A stretch of DNA of 64,000 bases from Candidatus Multivoradales bacterium. Its GTDB lineage: Bacteria; Acidobacteriota; Thermoanaerobaculia; Multivoradales; JAHEKO01. A program made the translations under genes and the position numbers. The notes under the pieces were generated by a model. That model searched no databases. It was not told the DNA's origin and saw only the letters and a program-made list of their open reading frames with translations. Positions within the stretch are counted from its first letter, which is position 1. Each line of letters opens with the position of its first letter. Shown piece after piece: positions 25,435 through 34,882 of the stretch. The stretch is taken from assembly GCA_965223855.1 (NCBI GenBank), contig CBDCXM010000009.1, positions 736,001-800,000 of the forward strand, given 5' to 3'.

Positions 25435-25818
25435 ATGAGAAATCGAGTCTGGCCGTTCGCCGCCCTGCTGGGGGTGGCGAGCGTCAGCGCCGCCGCCACG
25501 CTGTGGCCGCGCAAGTTCCTGTGGGTCTACCGTCTTCCGGGCGCCGACAAGACCGGTCACTTCTTCCTCACCGGCCTCTTCTGTGTGGTGCTGGTGCTGT
25601 CGCTCGGCGGCACCGAATGGCTCGGCCGCCGCATCGGCGGTTGGGGGTGGGTCGGCATCGTGCTCGTCCTGGCGGCGCTCGAGGAGGCGATGCAGCGCTT
25701 CCTCCCCGGGCGTACTCTGTCGTGGCTCGATCTCCTGTGGAGCTGGGCGGGAGCGCTGAGTCTCGGCGGCCTGGCGGCCGAGTGGCGACGCAGGACGAGG
25801 CGCCGGGAGCCCGGGTGA
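25435..25818 (+). CDS. VanZ-family membrane protein
   Basis: DKTGHF, EE.MQ.FLPGRT.S..DL. Confidence 0.85.
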   Translation: MRNRVWPFAALLGVASVSAAATLWPRKFLWVYRLPGADKTGHFFLTGLFCVVLVLSLGGTEWLGRRIGGWGWVGIVLVLAALEEAMQRFLPGRTLSWLDLLWSWAGALSLGGLAAEWRRRTRRREPG

Positions 25819-26174
25819 TTCAGATCGACGTCAGGCACTGTCGCGAATGCCGCGGCGAGTTCGTCGCCACCGTCGAGACGTGTCCCGACTGCGGCGTGCC
25901 GCTGACCTGGGCACCGGCCGTCGACGAGCGCTTCGCGCCAACGGCCGACGACACTCCGGGCCCGGTCCTGGTAGCGACCGTCTTCGACGTCGTCGAGGTC
26001 GGCCTCCTGCGAGCCGCGCTGGAGGAGGCCGGTATCGAGTTCACGACGGTCGATCGCTTCTCGCCGCGGGCGATCTTCGGCTCGGTGGAGCGCGAGACCG
26101 ACATCCTCGTCGCGCCGGGCGATGCCGAGCACGCCCTCGAAGTCGTCGGCGCGCTCGATCTGGGGGAGCGGTGA
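25815..26174 (+). CDS. Zinc-ribbon plus DUF2007-like protein
   Basis: CRECRGEF...CPDCGVPL; LEEAGI; ILV...D...A. Confidence 0.78.
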   Translation: MIQIDVRHCRECRGEFVATVETCPDCGVPLTWAPAVDERFAPTADDTPGPVLVATVFDVVEVGLLRAALEEAGIEFTTVDRFSPRAIFGSVERETDILVAPGDAEHALEVVGALDLGER

Positions 26175-26686
26175 AGGTACGCAGCGAGAACCGCACCGAC
26201 TTCGAAGCGGTCGCTCAGGTCGTCACGGCAGCCTTCGGGGCTCGCGGCGAGGCCGACCTCGTCGCCGCATTGCGCGCCACGGTCGAGCCGTACGTCTCAC
26301 TGGTGGCCGAGCGCGACGGCGAGGTCGTCGGCCACGTCTTCGTCTCGCCGGTGACGCTCGAGAGATCGGACGAAGAGGTGGCATGGGGCGGCCTCGCACC
26401 GGTCGCCGTCACCCCCGCCTGTCAGAACTGCGGCATCGGCTCGGCGCTCATGCGCGCGGCTCTCGACGAGAGTCGCAAACTCGGGTGGCAGGCGGTTTTC
26501 CTGCTGGGAGACCCGCTCTACTACCGCCGCTTCGGCTTCGAGCTGGCGGCGCCGAAGGGCTTCCATTACGCGAGCTACGAGTTCGACTCGGCGTTTCAGT
26601 CGATCGAGCTCATGCCCGGGGCGCTCGAAGGCCGTTCCGGCTGGATCCTCTACCCGCCGGCCTTCGACGCGCTGGGCGAAGGGTGA
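26171..26686 (+). CDS. GNAT acetyltransferase (YhbS-like)
   Basis: EADLV..LR, VVGHV, LAPVAV, GIGSALM, LGDP.YY.RFGF. Confidence 0.9.
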   Translation: MKVRSENRTDFEAVAQVVTAAFGARGEADLVAALRATVEPYVSLVAERDGEVVGHVFVSPVTLERSDEEVAWGGLAPVAVTPACQNCGIGSALMRAALDESRKLGWQAVFLLGDPLYYRRFGFELAAPKGFHYASYEFDSAFQSIELMPGALEGRSGWILYPPAFDALGEG

Positions 26687-27165
26687 GCTCCGAGTCCTCG
26701 CTCGCCGAGAGTCTGGAACGCCGGGTCGATCACTGGCTGTGGGCCGATCGGCGCGTCGCCGACGCTCTCGGGTCGCTGCCGGCAGAGGAACGGCGCGAGG
26801 CGCTGCGGCTCTTCGCTCACGTCGTGACGACCGAGAGGATCTACTACGAGCGCCTCGGCGGCCTCGACCCGTGGCCGCAGGACTTCTGGCCGACACTCGA
26901 CATCGGTGACTGTCTCGAGATCGCCGAGAGGGCCGCCGCGAACTACCGCGGTTATCTGGCGGCAGCGACGGAGGACGCGCTGCAACGACCGGTGGCCTAC
27001 CGCGACAGCTCCGGTCGCGCCCACCGCACCGCACCGGCGCAGATGATCGAGCACGTCTCGCTTCACGGCTCCTATCACCGTGGGCAGATCGCCTCGCTGC
27101 TTCGAGTGCACGGTTCCTCGCCGGTGGCGACCGACTTCATCCTCTTCGTCCGCGGCGACGACTGA
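26683..27165 (+). CDS. DinB-family protein
   Basis: WAD, HVV..E, HVSLHGSYHRGQI, TDFI. Confidence 0.88.
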   Translation: MSSESSLAESLERRVDHWLWADRRVADALGSLPAEERREALRLFAHVVTTERIYYERLGGLDPWPQDFWPTLDIGDCLEIAERAAANYRGYLAAATEDALQRPVAYRDSSGRAHRTAPAQMIEHVSLHGSYHRGQIASLLRVHGSSPVATDFILFVRGDD

Positions 27166-27173
27166 GGCGACCG

Positions 27174-27503
27174 TCAGGAGGGGGCGTCTTTGCCGCCGTC
27201 CGCTTCGCGCGCCTCGAGCTCGCGCAGCCGCTGCCGATCGAAGGTCTCGACGAGCGCAATCCTGAAGTCGCCGAAGTCACGCCGCAGGACGCTCCTCATC
27301 GCCCACACGCCGGCGGCTCCGCCCAGGGCGATGCCGAGGACGGTACCCAGGACGCCCTCGAGCCAGGCGGACTCGGTGCGACCGATCGCCAGCAGGAACA
27401 CGGCGACCACCACGCCTGCCAGGAGGTAGGCGAGGAACGCCCGCCACGCCCAGGCGACGAACACCCGCCCGGCGCGCACCCAGGTCGCCTTGAGGGTCTC
27501 CAT
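27174..27503 (-). CDS. Small hypothetical membrane protein
   Basis: WAW.WR, two TM segments, RDFGDFRIAL. Confidence 0.65.
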   Translation of the reverse strand: METLKATWVRAGRVFVAWAWRAFLAYLLAGVVVAVFLLAIGRTESAWLEGVLGTVLGIALGGAAGVWAMRSVLRRDFGDFRIALVETFDRQRLRELEAREADGGKDAPS

Positions 27504-27513
27504 GCCCCCGAGC

Positions 27514-28188
27514 CTACCGCGCGGCAGCGAGCCGGCCGCCCTGAGCGAGCCATCCGGGCAGGTCGACAACGCTTTCGAGGATCGCCTCGTGGCGCACCTG
27601 CTCGAAATCCTCGCGCCCATGCGAACCGGTCAACACGCCGACGCCGGAGACTCCGGCGTTGCCGGCCATCTCGAGATCGTGGGTGGTATCGCCGATGACG
27701 AGCGTGCGGCCCGGCGTCACACCCAACTCGAAGACGAGGGACTCGACCATCCCCGGATGGGGCTTGGCCGGCGCCTCGTCGACGGTGCGGCTGTCGTGGA
27801 AGCACGGCCCGAGGCGGGTGCGCTCGAAGTCGGCCCGCAGTCCGCGGCGGCTCTTGGCGGTCGCTACCGCCAGCAGGTAGCCGTCCGACCGCAGCGCCGT
27901 CAGCAGTTCGGCCACCCCTTCGAACGGCCGATGGCGGGTGCCGAAGCCGCCGAACCAGCGCTCGCGGTAGGCCAGGCAGATGCGCTCGAAGAGGTCGTCG
28001 TCACAACCCGGGACGATGGTCTCCATCATCTCGCGAATGCCGAGGCCGATCGCTCCGCGGATCACCGCCCGGTCGCTCCCTTCGACACCGCAATCCTCGA
28101 GCGCCAGCGCGGTGCAATCGACGATCGAGCCGATCGAATCGACGATCGTGCCGTCCCAGTCGAAGATCAGCAGCTCGAAGCGCTTCAT
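27514..28188 (-). CDS. HAD-IA hydrolase (phosphoglycolate phosphatase-like)
   Basis: IFDWDGTIVDS, VATAKSR, KPHPGM, IGDTTHD. Confidence 0.92.
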   Translation of the reverse strand: MKRFELLIFDWDGTIVDSIGSIVDCTALALEDCGVEGSDRAVIRGAIGLGIREMMETIVPGCDDDLFERICLAYRERWFGGFGTRHRPFEGVAELLTALRSDGYLLAVATAKSRRGLRADFERTRLGPCFHDSRTVDEAPAKPHPGMVESLVFELGVTPGRTLVIGDTTHDLEMAGNAGVSGVGVLTGSHGREDFEQVRHEAILESVVDLPGWLAQGGRLAAAR

Positions 28189-29243
28189 CGCGAACCCTCG
28201 AGCCGGGAGACGACGAGCCCGCCGACGATCGAGTCACCGGCACGAAGCGCCACGCCGGCGCGCGCCGTCGTCACCATGCGATCCTGAATCCGCGACGCCG
28301 GCGGCACCTCGACGTGCGGGCCGACGAGCGCCCTTCGCAGCCGGCTGCCGGCGCCGATGCGAGCCCCCGGGAGGACGAGTGACTTGTGGACCTTGCACCC
28401 GGCCTCGACGGTTGCACCGCGCTCGATCACCGAACCGTGCACCGACGCCTCGCGGCTGACGTCGGTCCCCGGCGCCAGCCAGTTACTGCGCCAGAAGCGC
28501 CGCGGCCAACGACCGAGCCCCCAGTTGCGCGCTCCGGCCATGTAGCGCTTCGGGGTACCGAGATCGTGCCAGTGACGCCCGCTCTCGACCCCCTGGAGAT
28601 GGGCGCCCTCGGCGAGCAGCGGCTCGTAGAGATCGGTGACGAAGTCAGCGGCTTCGCCCTCCTCGCCCTGCCAGCGCTCCAGCAGACGCGGCGAGAACAC
28701 GTGCGCGCCGGCGAACACCCGTCGCCGGTCGCGCTCCCCGCGCCGTCTCTCACCCCCTCTGAGCGACAGAATGCGGCCGTCGCGCGCGACGATCACGCCG
28801 CCGCCGAACGCCTTCGGGTCGGGCCGCGTCGCCAGGAGCAGCGACGAGTGGGCGCCGGCCGACCGGTGTTTGCGCAGCAGCACACCGAGCGGCCAGCGAC
28901 TGAGGCTGTCGCCGTTGACGACCAGGAAGAGGTCGGCTCGCATGGCGAAGTCCTCGAGCGGGCCCAGGGCGCCGAGAGTGCCGAGCAGCGTCGGTTCCTG
29001 CGAGTAGACGAGGCGCATGCCGTGGTAGGCCCCGCCAAGGTGGCTCTCGATCGCCTCGCCGAGGTGGTGGAGGTTGAGCGCGACCGCCTCGCAGCCGACC
29101 GCCGCGAGCGCGTCGAGCGTGTGTTCCACCACCGGCCGGCCGAGCACCGGCAGCAACGGTTTGGGCACCGCATCGGTCAGCGGACGCAGCCGCATCCCGT
29201 GGCCGGCTGCGAGCACGAGGGCGCGCAACCGGGTGCGGGCCAC
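28185..29243 (-). CDS. Sugar-phosphate nucleotidyltransferase (mannose-1-phosphate guanylyltransferase-like)
   Basis: LAAGHG.RLRPLT..PKPL, NGDS, WHDLGTP, hexapeptide tail. Confidence 0.88.
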   Translation of the reverse strand: MARTRLRALVLAAGHGMRLRPLTDAVPKPLLPVLGRPVVEHTLDALAAVGCEAVALNLHHLGEAIESHLGGAYHGMRLVYSQEPTLLGTLGALGPLEDFAMRADLFLVVNGDSLSRWPLGVLLRKHRSAGAHSSLLLATRPDPKAFGGGVIVARDGRILSLRGGERRRGERDRRRVFAGAHVFSPRLLERWQGEEGEAADFVTDLYEPLLAEGAHLQGVESGRHWHDLGTPKRYMAGARNWGLGRWPRRFWRSNWLAPGTDVSREASVHGSVIERGATVEAGCKVHKSLVLPGARIGAGSRLRRALVGPHVEVPPASRIQDRMVTTARAGVALRAGDSIVGGLVVSRLEGSR

Positions 29244-29813
29244 TCAGGCCTCCTCTCGATCGTCGTGCACGCTTTCCTCGAACACCATGTCCCGTCCGCT
29301 TTCCGGCGATTGTGCGCGAAAGCTCCGCCACAGCGTTAGGTAGCTTTCCGCCAGCGCCTCGCAGGCCTCGAAGCCGCACGCCGCGGCGGCGTTCGCCGCG
29401 CCCTCGCCCTCGAACTCGACGAAGTCCCCCATCGGGGTGCGATCGAGCTCCACGCTCACCCCGTCGAGTTTCCAGCTCTCGCGGTACTTCTGGTACCGCA
29501 CCGCGACCCGGTAGCCGAGCGCGGTCAGGAGCTGAGCCGCGATCGTGGCGTCGCCGACGGAGGTCTCGAGTTCACGGCGCGACTTGACTCCCTCGTCGAA
29601 GGTCGCCACCCCCTTGTAGGTCAGGCGGCCGCCCCGCGCGTCGGTCCGCAGGCGCAGCAGCCGCCCGCCGGTTTCCAACTCGCCGGCGCGATCCCACACC
29701 GAGTTGTCCTCGAACGACTCCGGGTGAACGAGCTTCGCCCCGAGTTCGGCGAGCCGGTCGGTGAGCGCAGAGCGATCGGAAAGGTGGAACTTGAGCTCGC
29801 GCTCGATCGTCAC
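29244..29813 (-). CDS. CYTH-family (class IV adenylate cyclase-like) protein
   Basis: ExExK, LLRLR, LTYKG, KYRE, LD.TP.GDFVEFEG. Confidence 0.9.
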   Translation of the reverse strand: MTIERELKFHLSDRSALTDRLAELGAKLVHPESFEDNSVWDRAGELETGGRLLRLRTDARGGRLTYKGVATFDEGVKSRRELETSVGDATIAAQLLTALGYRVAVRYQKYRESWKLDGVSVELDRTPMGDFVEFEGEGAANAAAACGFEACEALAESYLTLWRSFRAQSPESGRDMVFEESVHDDREEA

Positions 29814-31192
29814 TCGCCGCCGGCTCGATCGAGCAGGCGCACGATGGTGCGGATGCCGTTGTAGAAGTGGCTGATGTTGAACTTCTCGTTCGGCGAGTGC
29901 AGCCGATCGTCGGGCAGGCCGAACCCGACCAGCAGGATCGGCTTCTCGAGCACCTCCGAGAAGGTGCCGACGATCGGGATCGAACCCCCCTCGCGCAGCT
30001 TGAAGGGGGGCTTCCCCCAGACGTCTTCCTGCGCCGCCATCGCCGCCTCGGCGAGCGGGCCGTCGATCGCCACGAGAACCGGCGGCGCACCATGGATTGC
30101 CTGGACATCGACCGTCACGCCGCGCGGGGCGATCGACTCGACGAACTCCTTGAAGAGCGCGGCGATCTCCTCCGGGTCCTGATCGGGGACGAGCCGCATC
30201 GACACCTTCGCGCCGGCGGTTCCCGGCAGCACAGTCTTCGCACCCTCGCCCTGGTAGCCGCTCCACATGCCGTTGACGTCGCACGTCGGCCGCGCCCAGG
30301 CGCGCTCGAGCGTCGTGAACCCCTCTTCGCCGAACACGTCGTCGATGCCGAGCTCGCGCTTGTAAGCCTCTTCATCGAACGGCAGGTTGCCGAACTCCTC
30401 GCGCTCCCACGCCGCGAGCTCTTTCACCCTGTCGTAGAAGCCGGGGATCTGGATCCTGCCGGTCTCGCTGTCGCGCAGTCGACCGAGGATGTAGCCGAGC
30501 GCGTTGGCGGGGTTGGCGACCGCACCGCCGAACACCCCCGAGTGAAGGTCGCGGTTGGGGCCGGTGACCTCGATCTGCATGTACTGCAGACCCTTGAGCC
30601 CGTAGAGAAGCGACGGCTGCCCGGGGCCGAACATCGAGGTGTCGGACACCACGACGGCGTCGCAAGCCAGGCGCTCGCCGCCGTCGGCGCGAACATAGGC
30701 ATCGATCGCCTCGCCACCCGACTCCTCTTCCCCTTCGACGAGGAACTTGACGTTCACCGGCAGCGAGCCGCGCTCAGCGAGCATCGCCGCCACCCCCTTG
30801 AGCTGGGCGTAGGACTGACCCTTGTCGTCGGTGGCACCGCGCGCGACCAGCTCGTCCCCCTCCTCGGTCGGCTCAAACGGATCGTTGCGCCACAGCTCGA
30901 TCGGATCGACCGGCTGAACGTCGTAGTGGCCGTAGAAGAGCAGCGTCGGCTTGCCAGGTGCTCCGAGCCACTCGCCGTAGACGAGCGGGTAGCCGTCGCT
31001 CTCGATCAGCTCCGCCTCGAGGCCGGCGTCGGCCATCCGCTCGCGCACGAAGTCCGCGCACCTGAGGACGTCGTCCCGATACTGCGGGTCGGTCGAGATC
31101 GACGGGATCCGGATGTAGTCCTTGAGCTCCTCGAGGTAACTCTCTTTGTCGCGATCGACTCGCGCCAGGACGTCGCTGCTGTCAGGTGCCAT
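29810..31192 (-). CDS. M20 family dipeptidase
   Basis: YGHYDVQP, RGATDDKGQ, EGEEE, DLHSG, GGSIP, HSPNE. Confidence 0.93.
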   Translation of the reverse strand: MAPDSSDVLARVDRDKESYLEELKDYIRIPSISTDPQYRDDVLRCADFVRERMADAGLEAELIESDGYPLVYGEWLGAPGKPTLLFYGHYDVQPVDPIELWRNDPFEPTEEGDELVARGATDDKGQSYAQLKGVAAMLAERGSLPVNVKFLVEGEEESGGEAIDAYVRADGGERLACDAVVVSDTSMFGPGQPSLLYGLKGLQYMQIEVTGPNRDLHSGVFGGAVANPANALGYILGRLRDSETGRIQIPGFYDRVKELAAWEREEFGNLPFDEEAYKRELGIDDVFGEEGFTTLERAWARPTCDVNGMWSGYQGEGAKTVLPGTAGAKVSMRLVPDQDPEEIAALFKEFVESIAPRGVTVDVQAIHGAPPVLVAIDGPLAEAAMAAQEDVWGKPPFKLREGGSIPIVGTFSEVLEKPILLVGFGLPDDRLHSPNEKFNISHFYNGIRTIVRLLDRAGGE

Positions 31193-33333
31193 CGCTGCCG
31201 TTCCTTCCGCTCTTGAATCTCAGATTGGCGCAGCAGTTTAGCTTGTCCTCTCCCGACATTCCCGCTGCGAGCGCGACCTCCTCGCCCGAGTACCTCCATC
31301 CATGGCTCCGAGCAAAGGCCGTGAGAATCAAAGACCCCCCAGACCCCCGCCTTGTGTTCCCCGTCGGGCGCATTCTCGCGGGCGCTACGTCGCTGCACGG
31401 CAAGCCGTGGCCCGAGGTGCGGTTCGAAGAGGTTCTCTGTGCACCGAGGGAACGTTCGACGTTGAAGACTCAGCCAGCACTGCGGGTCGCGTCGTTGCTC
31501 CAGCTAGATGGGACCACGCACAACGCCGTGCACGAGCCGCTGCGTGGCCAGCCACGAACCGGTGTTGGCCAGATCGACAACTGCAGCGGCTACCTTGTGG
31601 GCCCCGACCGCGTCATGACTGCCGGGCACTGTGTGGATGACGACGGTGACGCAGAGTCCATTGAGTACAGTTGCGTCGAACTCTACTCGGTGATCTTCGA
31701 CTGGGCGGACCAGGGACCGATCACCGAGTCCGGGACTCTCACGATCGATGCGGACGACGTCTATCACTGCGAGTACGTCGAGTTCGACGGTTACAACGAT
31801 CCCTCGATCACGCTGCCTACGTTCAATCCACAGGGCGCTGGAGACTATGCTGTTCTCAGGCTCGCAGTACCGGTACAGGGGCGTCTCCCCCTTATCACCG
31901 AACGTGTCGCTCGGACGGACGGAGATGACGAAGTACTGGTCCTGGGCCACCCGCTCGGACTGCCCCTAAAAGCGGAGTTCACGGTGCGAGAGCCCGGAAC
32001 GACCACGACGAGAATCCAGGCCCACGCCCTGGGCGGCAGCTCTGGTTCCGGCGTAGTCGGAATGGAGACTGGCAAGATCGCCCAGAACCTCACGAGCGCC
32101 CCCGCGGAGTGGCCGTCTGACGACACTGACCCCGGCGGAGCCTGCAAAGTCATCGACTTCACAACTGGCACACAATGGGCCTCCGGAGCACGTGCCGAGG
32201 TCTGGAACGCTCACGTCCCGCCTCTCGGCTTGCAAGTGGAGGCCTCTAATGCCGCGACGGAGGCAGTCTTCTACGGGCCCATAACCACCCAGGCCGACTA
32301 CCAGCCTTTCGAGTTCAAACTCAGCGTGCCCGTGAACGGACTGCCGGCAGGTGCGACCGATCTCAGCTGGAGCATCGGCGCGGTCTCAGATTTTGAAGTC
32401 ATCACGGGCGGTACCTCCGGCAGTCTCGAGGAAGGCGAGCATGTCTACGTCCAGACAAAGCCATCTGCTGCGGCTATGGCCTCGCCCGGGCTCAAGCAAG
32501 CGGTGATTCCCTTCGTTGACCACACCTACCAGACGCATGAGCCGGTTCTTTACTCGGCCTATGTCGGGATCGAGGGGTTCACGCTCACCGACTACAAGGA
32601 CATTCTCGGTGAAGGAGAACTCGGCGTCCCTCACGGCACCGCTGAGACGCTGATGCCGCGCAACCGCTGGATCGTCACGCAGTCCGTGACCATCTCGGCG
32701 ACGGAGGACTGGGTGGTAGTCGATGGCTTCGGAGGCACAACACCTCAGAGCTACCTGTTACCGGGGATCTTCGGATTCCCGGGCGAGCACAACATTCCGA
32801 TGGAGATCGACGGGACCAATCTGAGTCCTGGCGTTCGGGAAGCGACGCTCACGGTATCGTCGGACGACTCTGGGTCGCCGAGCTTCGCCTACGAACGCCA
32901 GGTTCGCTTTGACCACTGTCGGCAGGTGAACGCCCTCCAGGGGAGCTGGCAAGAGACGATTCCACCAGGCGAGGACGACTTCGCCGAGTTCACCGCCACC
33001 GCAGACCCGCCGCTGGGGGTGGTAGACGATGTCGATGTCATCGTCGTGGCGACCACTGGGGTCAAGCCGACTCCGGCGCAAGCGTTCTCGGTGGTCCTGG
33101 TTGGCCCCGACGGCACCGAAGTTGTGCTCAAAGGAGACAACGATCCTCTGCTGAAGTACTACGACGACGACAACGTCACCCTGCTCGTCCCTCTCGGAGA
33201 CTTCGACGGTAAACAGGCTGCGGGTCAGTGGAAACTTCGGTTCGAGAACAACTCGGCATCGGACGACCTCGAGGTCGATCTGAGCCGCTGGGAAGTCCGA
33301 CTGCACGTCGATCAAGCACCCAACTGCGAGTAG
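31186..33333 (+). CDS. Trypsin-like serine protease with C-terminal proprotein-convertase P-domain (start uncertain)
   Basis: CSG..VG..VMTAGHC (His), DYAVLRL (Asp), GGSSGSG (Ser); tail LVGPDGT...FDG..AAGQWKL. Confidence 0.78.
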   Translation: MPSLPFLPLLNLRLAQQFSLSSPDIPAASATSSPEYLHPWLRAKAVRIKDPPDPRLVFPVGRILAGATSLHGKPWPEVRFEEVLCAPRERSTLKTQPALRVASLLQLDGTTHNAVHEPLRGQPRTGVGQIDNCSGYLVGPDRVMTAGHCVDDDGDAESIEYSCVELYSVIFDWADQGPITESGTLTIDADDVYHCEYVEFDGYNDPSITLPTFNPQGAGDYAVLRLAVPVQGRLPLITERVARTDGDDEVLVLGHPLGLPLKAEFTVREPGTTTTRIQAHALGGSSGSGVVGMETGKIAQNLTSAPAEWPSDDTDPGGACKVIDFTTGTQWASGARAEVWNAHVPPLGLQVEASNAATEAVFYGPITTQADYQPFEFKLSVPVNGLPAGATDLSWSIGAVSDFEVITGGTSGSLEEGEHVYVQTKPSAAAMASPGLKQAVIPFVDHTYQTHEPVLYSAYVGIEGFTLTDYKDILGEGELGVPHGTAETLMPRNRWIVTQSVTISATEDWVVVDGFGGTTPQSYLLPGIFGFPGEHNIPMEIDGTNLSPGVREATLTVSSDDSGSPSFAYERQVRFDHCRQVNALQGSWQETIPPGEDDFAEFTATADPPLGVVDDVDVIVVATTGVKPTPAQAFSVVLVGPDGTEVVLKGDNDPLLKYYDDDNVTLLVPLGDFDGKQAAGQWKLRFENNSASDDLEVDLSRWEVRLHVDQAPNCE

Positions 33334-33351
33334 CTCCTGCGGCGGTTCGAG

Positions 33352-34692
33352 ATGGTCAAGCATGAGACGCAACATCACCCTCCTCCCGGCGGGGGGCTTG
33401 TGCTGGCTTTCCTCGGATGCTGCAGCGCGGTGTCGCTCAGTGCCTCGGAGCTACCTTCGCAACCCGACTTGCCTTGGCAGGAAGACGCTCAGCTTGCCGG
33501 TTCGCAGCAACAGTCCATGTGGAGCTTCGGGCAGGCCGTCGACCTTGACGAAGACGTGGCTGTCGTGGGCGCGCCAACGGCGACGATCGGTGGCGAGCAG
33601 TTTCAGGGAGCCGTCTTCGTATATCGGAGGATCGGTGATAAGTGGGAGGAAGAGGCCTACCTGACCGCATCCAACGGCTCCGAGGACGATTTTCTTGGCT
33701 GGTCGGTTGCGGTTGAGGACGACCGGCTCCTCGTAGGGGCACCCGGCTCTGGAGAGGGGCCATTGTTTGGACGCGGCTCGGTGTACCAGTTCGAGTACGA
33801 CGGCCTCGGCTGGAACGAAGTGCAGGAGTTCACCGGCTCCGACAGCGGCCGCAATGACCTGTTCGGTTTCTCTATGTCGCTTGAGGGTCCTCGCCTCGTC
33901 GTCGGAGCGGAGGGAGCCGGCCCCGGAACAGACGGAATCGGAGCGGCCTACTACTTCGAACTCGGGGAGTCGCTGTGGTCCGAGGTACAGAAACTGAACG
34001 ACCCCAGCCTCGGCACCGGCAACAACTTCGGATTCAGTGTCGATCTCGATGGCGACACACTCGCTATCGGCAACAACAGTCACGACACCAAGACCGCAGG
34101 GAACGCCGGCTCCGTGTATGTCTACACTTTCGACGGTTCCAGTTGGACGGAACAGCAGATGCTCGTGGCCTCGGACGCCGGCAATCACACGTTCCTGGGC
34201 TCAGACGTGGCACTCGATGGCGACACGCTTCTGGCTGGAGCCGAGCAGCACGATGTCGGGGCGAACATCCGGCAGGGCGCGGCCTACGTCTTTACCCGCT
34301 CCGGTAGCACCTGGACCGAGCAGCAACAGTTGCTCGCCTCCGACGGGCAGGAGGACTCCTCCTTCGGCACCGCCGTCGCACTCGCTGGTCCGCTCGCCCT
34401 CGTCGGTGCGGAACTCGACCTGGACGACCAGAACATGCAGGGCGTCGTCTACGAGTATCGACTTCAGGGCGGAATCTGGACCGAGCAGGGCTGGTTCAAG
34501 GCCCCGATCGGGCAGGGACTCGACACCTTCGGAGAGGACATCGAGATCGACGGTCGCCGGGTCATCGTGGGCAACTCCAACAACGGTGCTGTCAACCCAC
34601 CAGGCGCCGCCTGGATCTTCCTGCCACCGGTGTTCTTCGGTGACGGCTTCGAGTCCGGCGACACCTCCGCATGGTCCATCACGGTTCCGTAG
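33352..34692 (+). CDS. Secreted FG-GAP repeat beta-propeller with C-terminal FGDGFESGD motif
   Basis: Repeats FG.SV.LDGD.L.VGA...GAxY; terminal FFGDGFESGDTSAWS. Confidence 0.9.
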   Translation: MVKHETQHHPPPGGGLVLAFLGCCSAVSLSASELPSQPDLPWQEDAQLAGSQQQSMWSFGQAVDLDEDVAVVGAPTATIGGEQFQGAVFVYRRIGDKWEEEAYLTASNGSEDDFLGWSVAVEDDRLLVGAPGSGEGPLFGRGSVYQFEYDGLGWNEVQEFTGSDSGRNDLFGFSMSLEGPRLVVGAEGAGPGTDGIGAAYYFELGESLWSEVQKLNDPSLGTGNNFGFSVDLDGDTLAIGNNSHDTKTAGNAGSVYVYTFDGSSWTEQQMLVASDAGNHTFLGSDVALDGDTLLAGAEQHDVGANIRQGAAYVFTRSGSTWTEQQQLLASDGQEDSSFGTAVALAGPLALVGAELDLDDQNMQGVVYEYRLQGGIWTEQGWFKAPIGQGLDTFGEDIEIDGRRVIVGNSNNGAVNPPGAAWIFLPPVFFGDGFESGDTSAWSITVP

Positions 34693-34882
34693 TCTTTAGG
34701 GTGCTGCGGGTGTCCCTCGAGCAGGTGTGCGCAGTAGGGACCACCGAAGATCGCCATGAGCCGCAGGATCTTGACCCGGCCCGCGAGTTCTCTTGCGTCT
34801 TGCGGCGGATCAGAGTCTCGATTGCGAATTCAGCTCTGATGGACTCGGTCGGTGCGGCGGGCAAGCCCCCCGCACCCGATGC

